Positions 1 to 8,745 of a DNA stretch of 43,981 nt are shown here, one piece after another (position 1 is the stretch's first letter; each line of letters opens with the position of its first letter). This DNA is from an uncultured Elusimicrobia bacterium (GTDB taxonomy: Bacteria > Elusimicrobiota > Elusimicrobia > 2-01-FULL-59-12): assembly GCA_964506645.1 (NCBI GenBank), contig CAZDML010000004.1, positions 1 through 43,981 on the forward strand, written 5' to 3'. The notes under the pieces were generated by a model. The model was not told where the DNA came from, ran no database searches, and was given only the letters and a program-made list of their open reading frames with translations. The translations under genes and the position numbers were made by a program.

Positions 1-548
1 CCTTCATACACGCTTTCCCAGAAATCGAGAATACGAAACGATGGCGACCAGAGTTTTTCGAGTTCGGCTTTCGTAAAACGATGCGGCCCGTCCGTGCCCG
101 GCTCCTTGTCACTAAACACACGTAAGAAAAACTGCCCGCCACGCTTGAGCACCCGGTGGATCTCGCTGACGGCTTTGGAGCGGTCGGAAATATCCAGGGT
201 ATGGAAGCACCCCCGGTCATAGGCAAAGTCGACAAAGGCATCTTCCACAGGCAGGTGCCGGGCATCCCCCTGCTGGAAGAAACCGAACAACCCATGATTT
301 GATGCGTTTTCTCGCGCTATTTTAACAGCGGTAGGGCTCAAATCGATGCCGATCACATTAAACCCCTGCTCAATCAAGTAGACGGCGTCGTGCCCGGGGC
401 CGGTCCCGATGTCGAGAGCATCCCCCTTGGCAATACGCCCTGTTTTTACCAGGCGAACCAGATCGGGGTCAGGGCCCCCGGAATTCCAGGGTAAATTCTC
501 CACTGGGGTGGAGATGTAGTGGGTTTCCCAGTCGTTTATTTCAGGCAC
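1..548 (-). CDS. Class I SAM-dependent methyltransferase (TPMT/TehB-like); 3' end runs off the window
   Basis: Not in the ORF track because it has no stop in the window. Manual translation from GTG at 548: MPEINDWETHY..LPWNSGGPDPDL..GDALDIGTGPGHDAVYLIEQGFNVIGIDLSPTAV..VDFAYDRGCFHTL..VLKRGGQFFL. Contains motif I (DxGxGxG), acidic motif II and the DRGCFH motif. Confidence 0.9.
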   Translation of the reverse strand, partial: MPEINDWETHYISTPVENLPWNSGGPDPDLVRLVKTGRIAKGDALDIGTGPGHDAVYLIEQGFNVIGIDLSPTAVKIARENASNHGLFGFFQQGDARHLPVEDAFVDFAYDRGCFHTLDISDRSKAVSEIHRVLKRGGQFFLRVFSDKEPGTDGPHRFTKAELEKLWSPSFRILDFWESVYE

Positions 549-554
549 AAAACT

Positions 555-584
555 AGTGTAGAACAGTTAACCGCTATTTAACAA
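555..584 (-). promoter_or_regulatory. Putative sigma70 promoter TTGTTA-N18-TACACT, 6 nt before the GTG start (leaderless-type)
   Basis: Hexamers read on the minus strand; no Shine-Dalgarno between the -10 and GTG. Confidence 0.5.
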
Positions 585-659
585 TTCTGTCATCTTGCTG
601 TAATACTCATCCGCTACATTTAACCTGTAGGTCGCCACCTTTTATAAAGGAGAACCGCT

Positions 660-1184
660 ATGCAGCAAATGGCCCAGCAAGACGAAGAACTTAACGAAGT
701 TAACGTTATTCCACTGGCCGATCTTTCGTTAGTTCTCCTGATCATTTTAATGGTTCTGAGCCCCATGGCGACCCAGGGCATGATCGCACTCACGAAGGCT
801 CAGGCACAGGCGGCCGAAACGGCGCAAGAAATTACCCAGCCGGAAACCCCGATTATCGTGAGTTTTGAACCGGGCGTGCTGCGTTTGGACGAAACCATCA
901 CCACCTCTGATCTTGATTTTATTGAGAAACTTGAAGCACTTTTGATGAAACGCAAAGACAAAGCGGTGAACCTTACCGCCTCGCCGCTCTTGACCCATGG
1001 GGATGTGGTCCGTGTGATGAATATGATTCAGCACCACGGCGCTGCCAATTTGGTCATGCTCAAATGGGACGCCTCAGCCAATCAGCCGGCCGCCATTGCC
1101 GCGGCGGCCGAAGAGCGTGCGAAAGTTGCTGCGGCTTCCAAGCCGGGTACCGTTCATTTGCGCCGTAAAGGAGCGCGGTCATGA
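660..1184 (+). CDS. exbD: Biopolymer transport protein ExbD/TolR family
   Basis: EVNVIPLADLSLVLLIILMV TM segment with the conserved Asp; periplasmic domain ..HGDVVRVMNMIQHHGA; AAGGAG RBS upstream. Confidence 0.9.
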   Translation: MQQMAQQDEELNEVNVIPLADLSLVLLIILMVLSPMATQGMIALTKAQAQAAETAQEITQPETPIIVSFEPGVLRLDETITTSDLDFIEKLEALLMKRKDKAVNLTASPLLTHGDVVRVMNMIQHHGAANLVMLKWDASANQPAAIAAAAEERAKVAAASKPGTVHLRRKGARS

Positions 1185-2398
1185 TGCCGGACATGACGCC
1201 GCAAATGGCCGGCTTCGCGCCGATCCCGGGAATGACACGCATCATTCCAGTCATCCGCCGTCCTGCCGCTTCGGTCCACGTGCTGATGCAGCGTGATTAC
1301 GAAGTCTCTGGATCACGTCTCGCGTTTGGGTTAGCGGTTGCCTCGCACATCATCCTCTTTTTATGGAACCCAACACTGCTCCCTGCAGGCCATCTGGCGC
1401 CGCCCCCCGAGTTGATGCATGTGGAATTTCGTGAAGCGCTTCCGCCGGTGGTGAAACCGCAGCCGCCGAAGCCGGTGGTGAAACCGATCGAGAAAAAGAA
1501 AGCGCCGGTTGTTCAAAAGAAACTGGAAAAGAAAGCCAAGAAATCGGGGCTCACCCTTTCCGCCAAGTCGCATGCGCCAGTGAAAAAGGCCGCGCCCGTG
1601 CCGGTAGCCAAGCCAAAACCGGTCATTGCGATTCCGCATTATGTGCCGCATACGGCCGAAGACGATCTGGTCAACCCGTCGCATGCCCCGCAGCAGCTGA
1701 GTGTGCCAGCACGCCCGGCCTCGCCCAATGTCCTGTCTGCCCCGCAGAAGCTGGTGGGGAAAACACGGGGCGTGAAAGTCAGCAATGTTCGATTTGAATT
1801 GGCCGAAGCCGGAACACTTTCCGGCAGTGCGCGCGCGGGATCACCCGTGGTCGCTATTCCATTAGGCGAAGAAGCGGGGGATATGGCTGTGCTCCCTTCC
1901 GCACCGGCGTTGCATGAATCTCCAAAAGGAAAAGGATTGGGCGGTGCGTCCCGCTATCAACCTGGCCTGGGGGCCGGTGCCGGGGAACTGGCGGGCCGTA
2001 ACCGCGGTGGGTATAGGGGCGGCGTCATTCGTGCCGATGCGGGCGTGAGCGCAGAAGTCGGTATTACAGGAACAGGATCCAGCAAAGGCCATGCGGGTGC
2101 AGCCGGTCCAGATATTGCCGGTCCCGTGGGTGATCGCGGAATTTCGAAGAAAGTCCTGCCGGAATATCCAGCCTGGGCCGAAGAGAAGGGGATTTCTGCG
2201 ATGGTGAAGATTTACTTTACGGTACGCGCCGATGGCTCGGTGCGCTCGACCTTAGAGATTCGTCAAAGCTCGGGGTATGCGGAACTCGACGAGCTGGCGA
2301 AAGACGCTCTGCGCAAATGGAAGTTCCAACCGACAGATGCCAGCTCCGGAGAATCGGATGCCTGGGGAGTGATTACGTTCCGCTTCACGCTCGGCTAA
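1181..2398 (+). CDS. tonB: Energy transducer TonB family protein
   Basis: N-terminal TM with SH motif (AVASHIILF), Pro/Lys-rich spacer, C-terminal TonB_C (PEYPAWAEEKGISAMVKIYFTV..SSGYAELDELAKDALRKWKF); ATGA overlap with exbD. Confidence 0.9.
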   Translation: MMPDMTPQMAGFAPIPGMTRIIPVIRRPAASVHVLMQRDYEVSGSRLAFGLAVASHIILFLWNPTLLPAGHLAPPPELMHVEFREALPPVVKPQPPKPVVKPIEKKKAPVVQKKLEKKAKKSGLTLSAKSHAPVKKAAPVPVAKPKPVIAIPHYVPHTAEDDLVNPSHAPQQLSVPARPASPNVLSAPQKLVGKTRGVKVSNVRFELAEAGTLSGSARAGSPVVAIPLGEEAGDMAVLPSAPALHESPKGKGLGGASRYQPGLGAGAGELAGRNRGGYRGGVIRADAGVSAEVGITGTGSSKGHAGAAGPDIAGPVGDRGISKKVLPEYPAWAEEKGISAMVKIYFTVRADGSVRSTLEIRQSSGYAELDELAKDALRKWKFQPTDASSGESDAWGVITFRFTLG

Positions 2399-2820
2399 AG
2401 CCGGACGTGTTCCTTATATAAACATTTGTTCATCACGACTTTGAGGCCGGCGGTCCGCGCTTTCTCCGCAGCTTCGTTATGGACAATGCCTTCCTGCATC
2501 CACACCGACTTCGCTTTCTTCGCGATCGCCTGATCGACAATCTCCGGAACCGCCGAGGGTTCACGGAAAATATTCACCATATCAATCGACCCCGGAATCT
2601 CCGCGAGCGACCCATACGCTTTCTCGCCCAGAATTTCCTTCTGCCCGGGATTGACCGGAATAATTGTATAGCCTTGATCCTTCATATAGGCCGACACGCT
2701 GTGACTGGGGCGCTCGGGTTTCGGGGACAGCCCGACCACAGCGATAACTTTTGTCGTTCGCAGAAGCTCTGCGATTTCTGCGTTCGTGGCATTTTCTTTC
2801 GGGAATTCGCATTCAGGCAT
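2395..2820 (-). CDS. CoA-binding protein (YccU-like)
   Basis: IAVVGLSPKPERPS..GYTIIPVNP..IDMVNIFR..VWMQEG..AGLKVVMNKC signature. Confidence 0.9.
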   Translation of the reverse strand: MPECEFPKENATNAEIAELLRTTKVIAVVGLSPKPERPSHSVSAYMKDQGYTIIPVNPGQKEILGEKAYGSLAEIPGSIDMVNIFREPSAVPEIVDQAIAKKAKSVWMQEGIVHNEAAEKARTAGLKVVMNKCLYKEHVRL

Positions 2821-3568
2821 GGGAGATCCTTTCTAAGAAGTGGAGTAAGTGACGGTTAAACTCGGCTGAATTTTCCAGATTGCTCATGTGCGCTGCATCG
2901 GGAATCACGTGCATCTCTGAACCAGTAATCTTTGCATGCAGGGCCTCGGAAGCGGCCGGGGGTGTAATAGCGTCTTTCTCGCCCACGAGAATCAGGGTAG
3001 GCACCTTGATGGCTGACAACGCAGGGGTCGTGTCGGTTCTTGCGGCCATTGCCAGCAGCGCTCCGCGAATGCCGAGAGTCGGGTTGGCCAGAATCACACG
3101 GCGAATCTTTTCTACAGCCGCTCTATTTGTTTCAAAACTTTCCGGGGCAAACACGGCTTTTAAAAAGCCTTCCGCGTAAGCCACTTTATCCGCTTCCACC
3201 GCTTTCATGCCGGCTGCGCGCTTGATTTTGGCTTCGTTGGTGTCGGCTTCGCTGCGCGTGTCCGCCAAAACAAGTCCGGCGACCCGCTCCGGGGCGCGTT
3301 CGATTGCACGCAGGGCGATGTAGCCGCCCATGGACAGCCCGCAAAGAATAGCCTTCGGTATTTTTTTCTGGTCCAGGAGGGCAAGGAGATCATCGACAAA
3401 AAGGTCGATGGTGTATTGTCCGTCCCCGGCTGGCGTCTGACCATGCCCACGTAGGTCGTACGTGATGACGGGAAAAGTTTTTAGCGCCTCGACCTGCGGA
3501 TCCCACATCGCCTTGCTGAACGGAAAACCGTGAATAAAAACGATTGGTGTGCTTGGCGCGGAACCCAT
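2813..3568 (-). CDS. Alpha/beta-fold hydrolase (3-oxoadipate enol-lactonase-like)
   Basis: IHGFP oxyanion loop, YDLRGHG, nucleophile GLSMGG, acid GEKD, His in AAHMSN. Confidence 0.9.
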   Translation of the reverse strand: MGSAPSTPIVFIHGFPFSKAMWDPQVEALKTFPVITYDLRGHGQTPAGDGQYTIDLFVDDLLALLDQKKIPKAILCGLSMGGYIALRAIERAPERVAGLVLADTRSEADTNEAKIKRAAGMKAVEADKVAYAEGFLKAVFAPESFETNRAAVEKIRRVILANPTLGIRGALLAMAARTDTTPALSAIKVPTLILVGEKDAITPPAASEALHAKITGSEMHVIPDAAHMSNLENSAEFNRHLLHFLERISHA

Positions 3569-3574
3569 AAACGC

Positions 3575-3583
3575 ATTCTATCA
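3575..3583 (-). promoter_or_regulatory. Extended -10 (TGnTAGAAT) 6 nt before ATG of the hydrolase (leaderless-type)
   Basis: Minus strand reads TGA-TAGAAT-GCGTTT-ATG; no SD. Confidence 0.55.
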
Positions 3584-3644
3584 CGTCTTTTGGTCAGGCC
3601 AAGCGGAGCACCACGTTGCGTTGTTAGGCCTGACCAAAAGACGT
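3583..3644. repeat. Perfect 18-bp inverted repeat with 26-nt loop
   Basis: ACGTCTTTTGGTCAGGCC (3583-3600) is the exact reverse complement of GGCCTGACCAAAAGACGT (3627-3644). Lies directly after the stop of the 1666-aa ORF. Confidence 0.9.
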
Positions 3645-3645
3645 A

Positions 3646-6600
3646 TTACGCTGCAGTTTTGAGAAGAGAGGTGTTGTTCCTAGAGGTTTTGGATCGCTGG
3701 GTTCGGAAAAAGAGCGCTATCGCGCCGATCGCGCTTCCCAGAAGGACCGACGGCAATAGCCAGGGGAATACACGGCGGGTGTTAGGGGTCGATGAGGAGG
3801 ACGAAAGAGTTTCCTTTGATCCGGGTTTCCTTTTAACCAGGCTACGCAGGTAATGACCCGTGAGAGCGACTTGTTTGTAGCCGCTGTCCCAATTTTCGCT
3901 GACGGTGGGATTGAGACCGGAGTTTTTTTGAGCAGCTTGAAGTACGGCGCTTGTGAGACGATTCACGTCCGAAGACACCTGGCCGAACATGGCCCAGCCG
4001 GAGAAGATAAATCCGTTTTCACCCGCTTTCTTGTGATCGCTGTAGGGCGCGTTGGATCCGGTGATGTAGTTGGAGACTAGCGGGTTTGTTGTGCTGCCGT
4101 TCCACATGGTTGTGGTTAAGGTGCGGGACATGCGCAGGACATCGTCCGAAGTAAATGGACCAATGCCAGCTTCCCGCATGAAGAGCATCATCTCCACCCG
4201 ATTGGTGTGATCGGTATCCCAATCTTTGTCTGTGTTGCGGTCGTCTTTAATAAATTGGCCCTTGTCCCAGATCCATCCCTTCCCGGCAGGGGTCAGTCGC
4301 GCCTTAAACGCTCGGCCAATTTTTTCGGCGAGGGTTTTGTATGGGGTCTCCCGGGTTGCCTGATATAAAAAGGTTGCGATATCGCCCAGAAGCCAAGACT
4401 TATCGTTCCACTTCACGCCTTCGCCCCAGTCTTCCGGATCATGCTCTAGCCAGTCGGGATAGCGTGACGCATCGAGATTTAAGCGTCCCTCATCAACACC
4501 CGGCAGCACGCTACTGACAAAACGCACATACGCTTTGGCTTTAGCTGCGTATTTGGACTTGAGCGCCGGGGTTGTCATGATCATCGCGGCCGCACGGGCG
4601 ATCGGCTGGAGGGTTTGCAGCGTATAAACGTCCTCCGGTTTTCCAGAGGAAGCGTCCTTCCAGGCGGGATGTCCGTTCACGGTGGAAACCTTGGCGATCA
4701 TCGCATCGATTTCGTCCAACGCTTTTTGGAACTCCGCGCTGTCCTGCGTGGCTTCCACGGCAGAAAGCATGCCCATGAGCTGGATGCTCACCAGGTAATA
4801 CTGCTCGGCATCCGCGCTTTGAATCATTTCTTTTGTCTCTTGATAGGAGTCTTTTAAGACCTGCTGGTGCAGAGCGGTTGCCTGCGTTAACGACAATTCT
4901 CCGGAGGGTGTAGATTGGGCAGAAAGGTTGCGCGACAGGAGAAGCAGGAGAAGGAAGGGAATGATCGTCCCCGGTCTCCGGATGCTTCCCCCCGCCGCTT
5001 TCTGTTGAAGAGATTTGACGGAGATATAAATAATCGGCACCGTTCGCAAGGCTGTTGTGACCATGTGAAATCGGTTGGTACTGGCTTCTCCAATAAAGGA
5101 CAGGGACGCCACTGAATCGGTCCCGTCCAGCGCTTTGACCCGCAACTGTACAGAGAAATCTTGGGGATCTCTATGCGGTTGCATAACATTTAATACAACG
5201 GTCTGTGGCCCGTTCCGACCGTACCCTGAGGCGGTAAAGACAAGCGTATCCTTGGTGGCCGAGTCGCACGACAAAATAACAGGATCCGTCGGATCGCCCA
5301 AGCGCACCTCGATCCCCTTCACAACACTCCATCCGCGTGACCAGGATTCTTTCGCTTCGGGACGCTGCAGCATTTCTGCACGGACATGTTGACGGTCTTC
5401 GGCGCGATCAAACGACAATGACCCCAGCATGGGCATGGTTCCGGACAAAAATTTCATGAGATCCATCCAAAGCGCATCCTGCAAAGAAAAATCACCCGGG
5501 GTCGCCGTACCGATCACTCCATCGGATGTTTGTCTGTTTGTGGCATTTGTTTTTGCGTGTGTCACGATAGCACTAATCAACCCTGCAACCAAAGCTACTC
5601 CCAGTAGAAGAGGGCTTCCCATCCATGCCTCAAGAGGGTTATCTGGAATACGTAGACCTTCCGATCCAAAAATCGCCAGTAGCTGCGCTCCCCCGGGAAC
5701 AGCGATAGCAGCCATAGCCCACCATCCCCACGTCGTAGCACCTTCCAGCCAGCCTCTTTCGCGAAGATTGCGCAGATCTGCTGAAGTAACCGGTACTGGC
5801 TTGGCATTGCTTCCCTTATAAACACGAGGATGCACCCCACGCGAGCCATAGATCAGGCCACTCAACAAGACGGCGACACTTCCTACAAAAAAGGTCGCGA
5901 TCCCCGCGCTCTCTTCGCGGGATGTCCCTGTATCAAAAGGATGCTGATAGAAATACCCGTGCGTGAGGACCATGGGGAGTGCGATAAGCACGCCCTGAAA
6001 AAAGAGGCCCTGAACCATGGGGGCCAAGACGGTTTGGATAGTCGAGAGCGGTACGCCGCGTTTCATCAGCGGCTGATAGATCAGCCGGTCAAACCAGAAG
6101 CCAATCAGACCGCCTGTGGCGGTTCCTTGAGTTGTCGTGGAGGAATAGCGATCGCTTCGCAAGAGAGCCCGGGCTTCGGCATCGGCAATGACTGTGACGT
6201 CGGAATGCAAGCGAAGCACGGACGACGGTAGTTCAGTTGAAATAGGACCTTCCAGTGCTTTCTGCAGGGCGACGGCTTTTTTGGGGCCGCTCACGAGCTG
6301 CAAAATTTTCCGCGCATCCAGGATGGTTCCCAAACCAACGGTCAGTGCCCATTCTGGAACCAGGCTTGGATCGTTCCCGAAGAATTCCTGATTTTGAACA
6401 CGCGTTCGTGCTGCAATTTTCACAAGATCTGTTCGAGACTCAAAATGGGACCCGGGTTCACGAAACGCTAGATGTCCATTCTCGCCCATCCCTAATACGG
6501 CCAAATCAATGCCACCCAGACTTTTAATTAAGACTTCGTAAGCGGTTGCTTCGGCTGCTGCTGATTCAGCTTGGTCATTAAGCGTGTGGACATGCTCTGC

Positions 6601-8646
6601 GTTAAAACCAAGTTCTGGCTTTCGACTCTGCACATCCAGAAGCGGATCGGTTAGAACGCGTTTAGCATGGGCCGCAAAGCTTTGGTCCGCATAGGCGGCT
6701 GGAATCTGATAGTAGTTGTCCAAGAAAAAGAAATGCACATTGGAAAGGTCGAGAGGATGTTCTTCTAAAAGGCGAACGAGCTCTTGATACATTCCGCGCG
6801 ACGTGCGGTCGGCCGGCAGGAGCAGGTTGGCACGGCCCTTTTCCTGAAGATTTTTCTGGAGAGTGTCATACACGAATCGGGCAGCGGGCTCAGCGACGGC
6901 ATCACGGTCGGGCACACCGACCAAGTTGACGGGATAATCGTTTTCGTCTGCCGGCGCAACAATTGAGGAATTCGTTTGCGAAGGCGGAACCCAATGGTAT
7001 TTTGTGGTGTCGTATGTGTATCCTCGTTTGCCCGCTGCGGCTTCAATACGTTTCCAGGCCTCTGCATTGAGACCGTAAATCTTCAAGAGCGCACGCCGAT
7101 TCAGTTTAAAAATATCGTTCCAGGAAATTTTTCCAGCGCGTGCGAGCGAATTGATCAGACGTGTAATCGCGTGCTGCGTGTCTCCCCCATCGGTCTCACC
7201 TGGATAGAGAAAGTCGCTTCGCTGTATAAAGTCACCTGCGGCGAGCGCAGCCGCGCTGACCCATCGGTTGATATGCGGGACATAGCCGTGCTGCGCTGCG
7301 GCGTGGATAATATAAAGCTTGAAACGTGTGTTCAGGATCTCGTACGGTGCGCTCTCGAATAAATCTTTCCAAGACGTCCATCCTTTCTGTGTAAAGGTAC
7401 CCATGAGATCGTTGAGTGTCCGTTGCACAGCGCCTCGATCTTCCGTTCCCGCAGGTAAAAAATCCTTACGATTCACGCGATCATGCCTGCGCCTCTCGGT
7501 GGCGTGCTCCTCTATTTGTTTACGTAAAACGGCCAGTAGGACATTTGGAGGACTGGGTTTTGCAACCAGAGGGATATCGGGATAACGATCCAGGATAGGT
7601 TGGCTTAATTGCGTTTGCCCACTGCAGATGACCACCGGAAAATGAGGATTTGATGCTCGCAGGCTATCGATCAAATCTCCGCCGTGGCTGGAGATGAGAT
7701 GCGTATCGACAACGGCCGCAGCAAAACGACCGATGCCCAGTTTGAGTGCGTTCTCGACACTGTCTGCTTTTTCAACGACGTAGCCGTTTCTCTCTAAGAC
7801 CACTTCCCACAGGCGTGTAATATGTGCGTCGTCATCTACCACGAGAATTTTAGGACGAGAGGATAATTCTTTCTGAAGGGCGGTTCGAAAACGTCTCTCA
7901 TACGCAAATAATTTAGTCAGAGTATCGATGCGTGATTCTTGCAACATTTTCCGTAGTTGATCTGTGGGGATCTTTGGGATAAGCAACCGATGAGAAGCGA
8001 GGAGTTTGCTTGCTTGTCCGAAGCGTTCAATCATTTCAGCCGTCGCGATGCGGTGAATCAATGACGACGCATCAGGTTCTTGGAAGTGACCGCTATTTTC
8101 GTGAGTGATTTCTCGGCGTTCCTGAAATTCGGCCTGGGCTTGAGAAGCTTCGGTATTAAAAATAGCCGTATTGATCACGACGATCGGCATTCCATCGCTT
8201 TCACGGCGGTAATGGAAGGCAGGAATGTCGTGCTTAAGTTGATCGGTGTAGAGGACGATGGCCGTGGTCCCGTCTTTCTCGGTGGGGGACATGCGATTGG
8301 ACAGGGTCGTTAAATGCTCAGCGTTTTCTTTGAGTTCTTGCTTTGCCCACGCGTGAAATTGCGCGCCGTTGTCGAGGCCCGGAATTTTAAAGGTTCCGAT
8401 CCCTTCGTTGGGGAGAAGGCCAGAAAAGGTAGGCCGGATGTGCGGACTGGCTTCGGAAAGAATGTGCTGCATGCCCAGAACGCGAAGGATAAAGGCTTGA
8501 TCAGTAAAGAGAGATCCAGAGAGCCTCGTGGGCCCCGGCTTACAATCCGCCGGGGCGACAGCAGATAGCGCCGCTGTTGCCGGATCGGCAACCAAGGAGA
8601 CGGCGAGGACTAGCGCGACCCCGCGAGAGAAGTGACGGTTTTTCAT
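3646..8646 (-). CDS. Giant mosaic membrane protein (1666 aa): conserved leader, receiver domain, two alpha-CTD-like repeats, NagB-like domain, TM bundle, internal signal peptide, putative extracellular alpha/alpha domain, C-terminal TM and ..KTAA tail
   Basis: Receiver KILVVDDD..VVDTH..CSG..AKP (~7515-7860); 83-aa tandem repeats (~7017-7470); glucosamine-6-P deaminase fold with LDNY, GMGENGHLAFREPGS, ALTVGLGTIL (~6160-6935); several TMs (~5560-6120). Confidence 0.85.
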   Translation of the reverse strand: MKNRHFSRGVALVLAVSLVADPATAALSAVAPADCKPGPTRLSGSLFTDQAFILRVLGMQHILSEASPHIRPTFSGLLPNEGIGTFKIPGLDNGAQFHAWAKQELKENAEHLTTLSNRMSPTEKDGTTAIVLYTDQLKHDIPAFHYRRESDGMPIVVINTAIFNTEASQAQAEFQERREITHENSGHFQEPDASSLIHRIATAEMIERFGQASKLLASHRLLIPKIPTDQLRKMLQESRIDTLTKLFAYERRFRTALQKELSSRPKILVVDDDAHITRLWEVVLERNGYVVEKADSVENALKLGIGRFAAAVVDTHLISSHGGDLIDSLRASNPHFPVVICSGQTQLSQPILDRYPDIPLVAKPSPPNVLLAVLRKQIEEHATERRRHDRVNRKDFLPAGTEDRGAVQRTLNDLMGTFTQKGWTSWKDLFESAPYEILNTRFKLYIIHAAAQHGYVPHINRWVSAAALAAGDFIQRSDFLYPGETDGGDTQHAITRLINSLARAGKISWNDIFKLNRRALLKIYGLNAEAWKRIEAAAGKRGYTYDTTKYHWVPPSQTNSSIVAPADENDYPVNLVGVPDRDAVAEPAARFVYDTLQKNLQEKGRANLLLPADRTSRGMYQELVRLLEEHPLDLSNVHFFFLDNYYQIPAAYADQSFAAHAKRVLTDPLLDVQSRKPELGFNAEHVHTLNDQAESAAAEATAYEVLIKSLGGIDLAVLGMGENGHLAFREPGSHFESRTDLVKIAARTRVQNQEFFGNDPSLVPEWALTVGLGTILDARKILQLVSGPKKAVALQKALEGPISTELPSSVLRLHSDVTVIADAEARALLRSDRYSSTTTQGTATGGLIGFWFDRLIYQPLMKRGVPLSTIQTVLAPMVQGLFFQGVLIALPMVLTHGYFYQHPFDTGTSREESAGIATFFVGSVAVLLSGLIYGSRGVHPRVYKGSNAKPVPVTSADLRNLRERGWLEGATTWGWWAMAAIAVPGGAQLLAIFGSEGLRIPDNPLEAWMGSPLLLGVALVAGLISAIVTHAKTNATNRQTSDGVIGTATPGDFSLQDALWMDLMKFLSGTMPMLGSLSFDRAEDRQHVRAEMLQRPEAKESWSRGWSVVKGIEVRLGDPTDPVILSCDSATKDTLVFTASGYGRNGPQTVVLNVMQPHRDPQDFSVQLRVKALDGTDSVASLSFIGEASTNRFHMVTTALRTVPIIYISVKSLQQKAAGGSIRRPGTIIPFLLLLLLSRNLSAQSTPSGELSLTQATALHQQVLKDSYQETKEMIQSADAEQYYLVSIQLMGMLSAVEATQDSAEFQKALDEIDAMIAKVSTVNGHPAWKDASSGKPEDVYTLQTLQPIARAAAMIMTTPALKSKYAAKAKAYVRFVSSVLPGVDEGRLNLDASRYPDWLEHDPEDWGEGVKWNDKSWLLGDIATFLYQATRETPYKTLAEKIGRAFKARLTPAGKGWIWDKGQFIKDDRNTDKDWDTDHTNRVEMMLFMREAGIGPFTSDDVLRMSRTLTTTMWNGSTTNPLVSNYITGSNAPYSDHKKAGENGFIFSGWAMFGQVSSDVNRLTSAVLQAAQKNSGLNPTVSENWDSGYKQVALTGHYLRSLVKRKPGSKETLSSSSSTPNTRRVFPWLLPSVLLGSAIGAIALFFRTQRSKTSRNNTSLLKTAA

Positions 8647-8662
8647 AGGAAATGGATGAAAA

Positions 8663-8668
8663 AGTATA
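8663..8668 (-). promoter_or_regulatory. Putative -10 box TATACT 16 nt upstream of the 1666-aa ORF ATG
   Basis: Same hexamer, same TTT run and same 16-nt spacing as upstream of the 649-aa ORF; no SD. Confidence 0.45.
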
Positions 8669-8745
8669 ACGGGTTATCGACGGAGGATGAATAGAGCGTT
8701 CGGCTAAATGATGGGGTCTGTAAGACCCAAAGAAGACTGGGTCCT

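Noticed and set aside
1430-1630. Short direct repeats (ccggtggtgaaaccg) in tonB
   Set aside because: Ordinary Pro/Lys-rich TonB spacer coding sequence.
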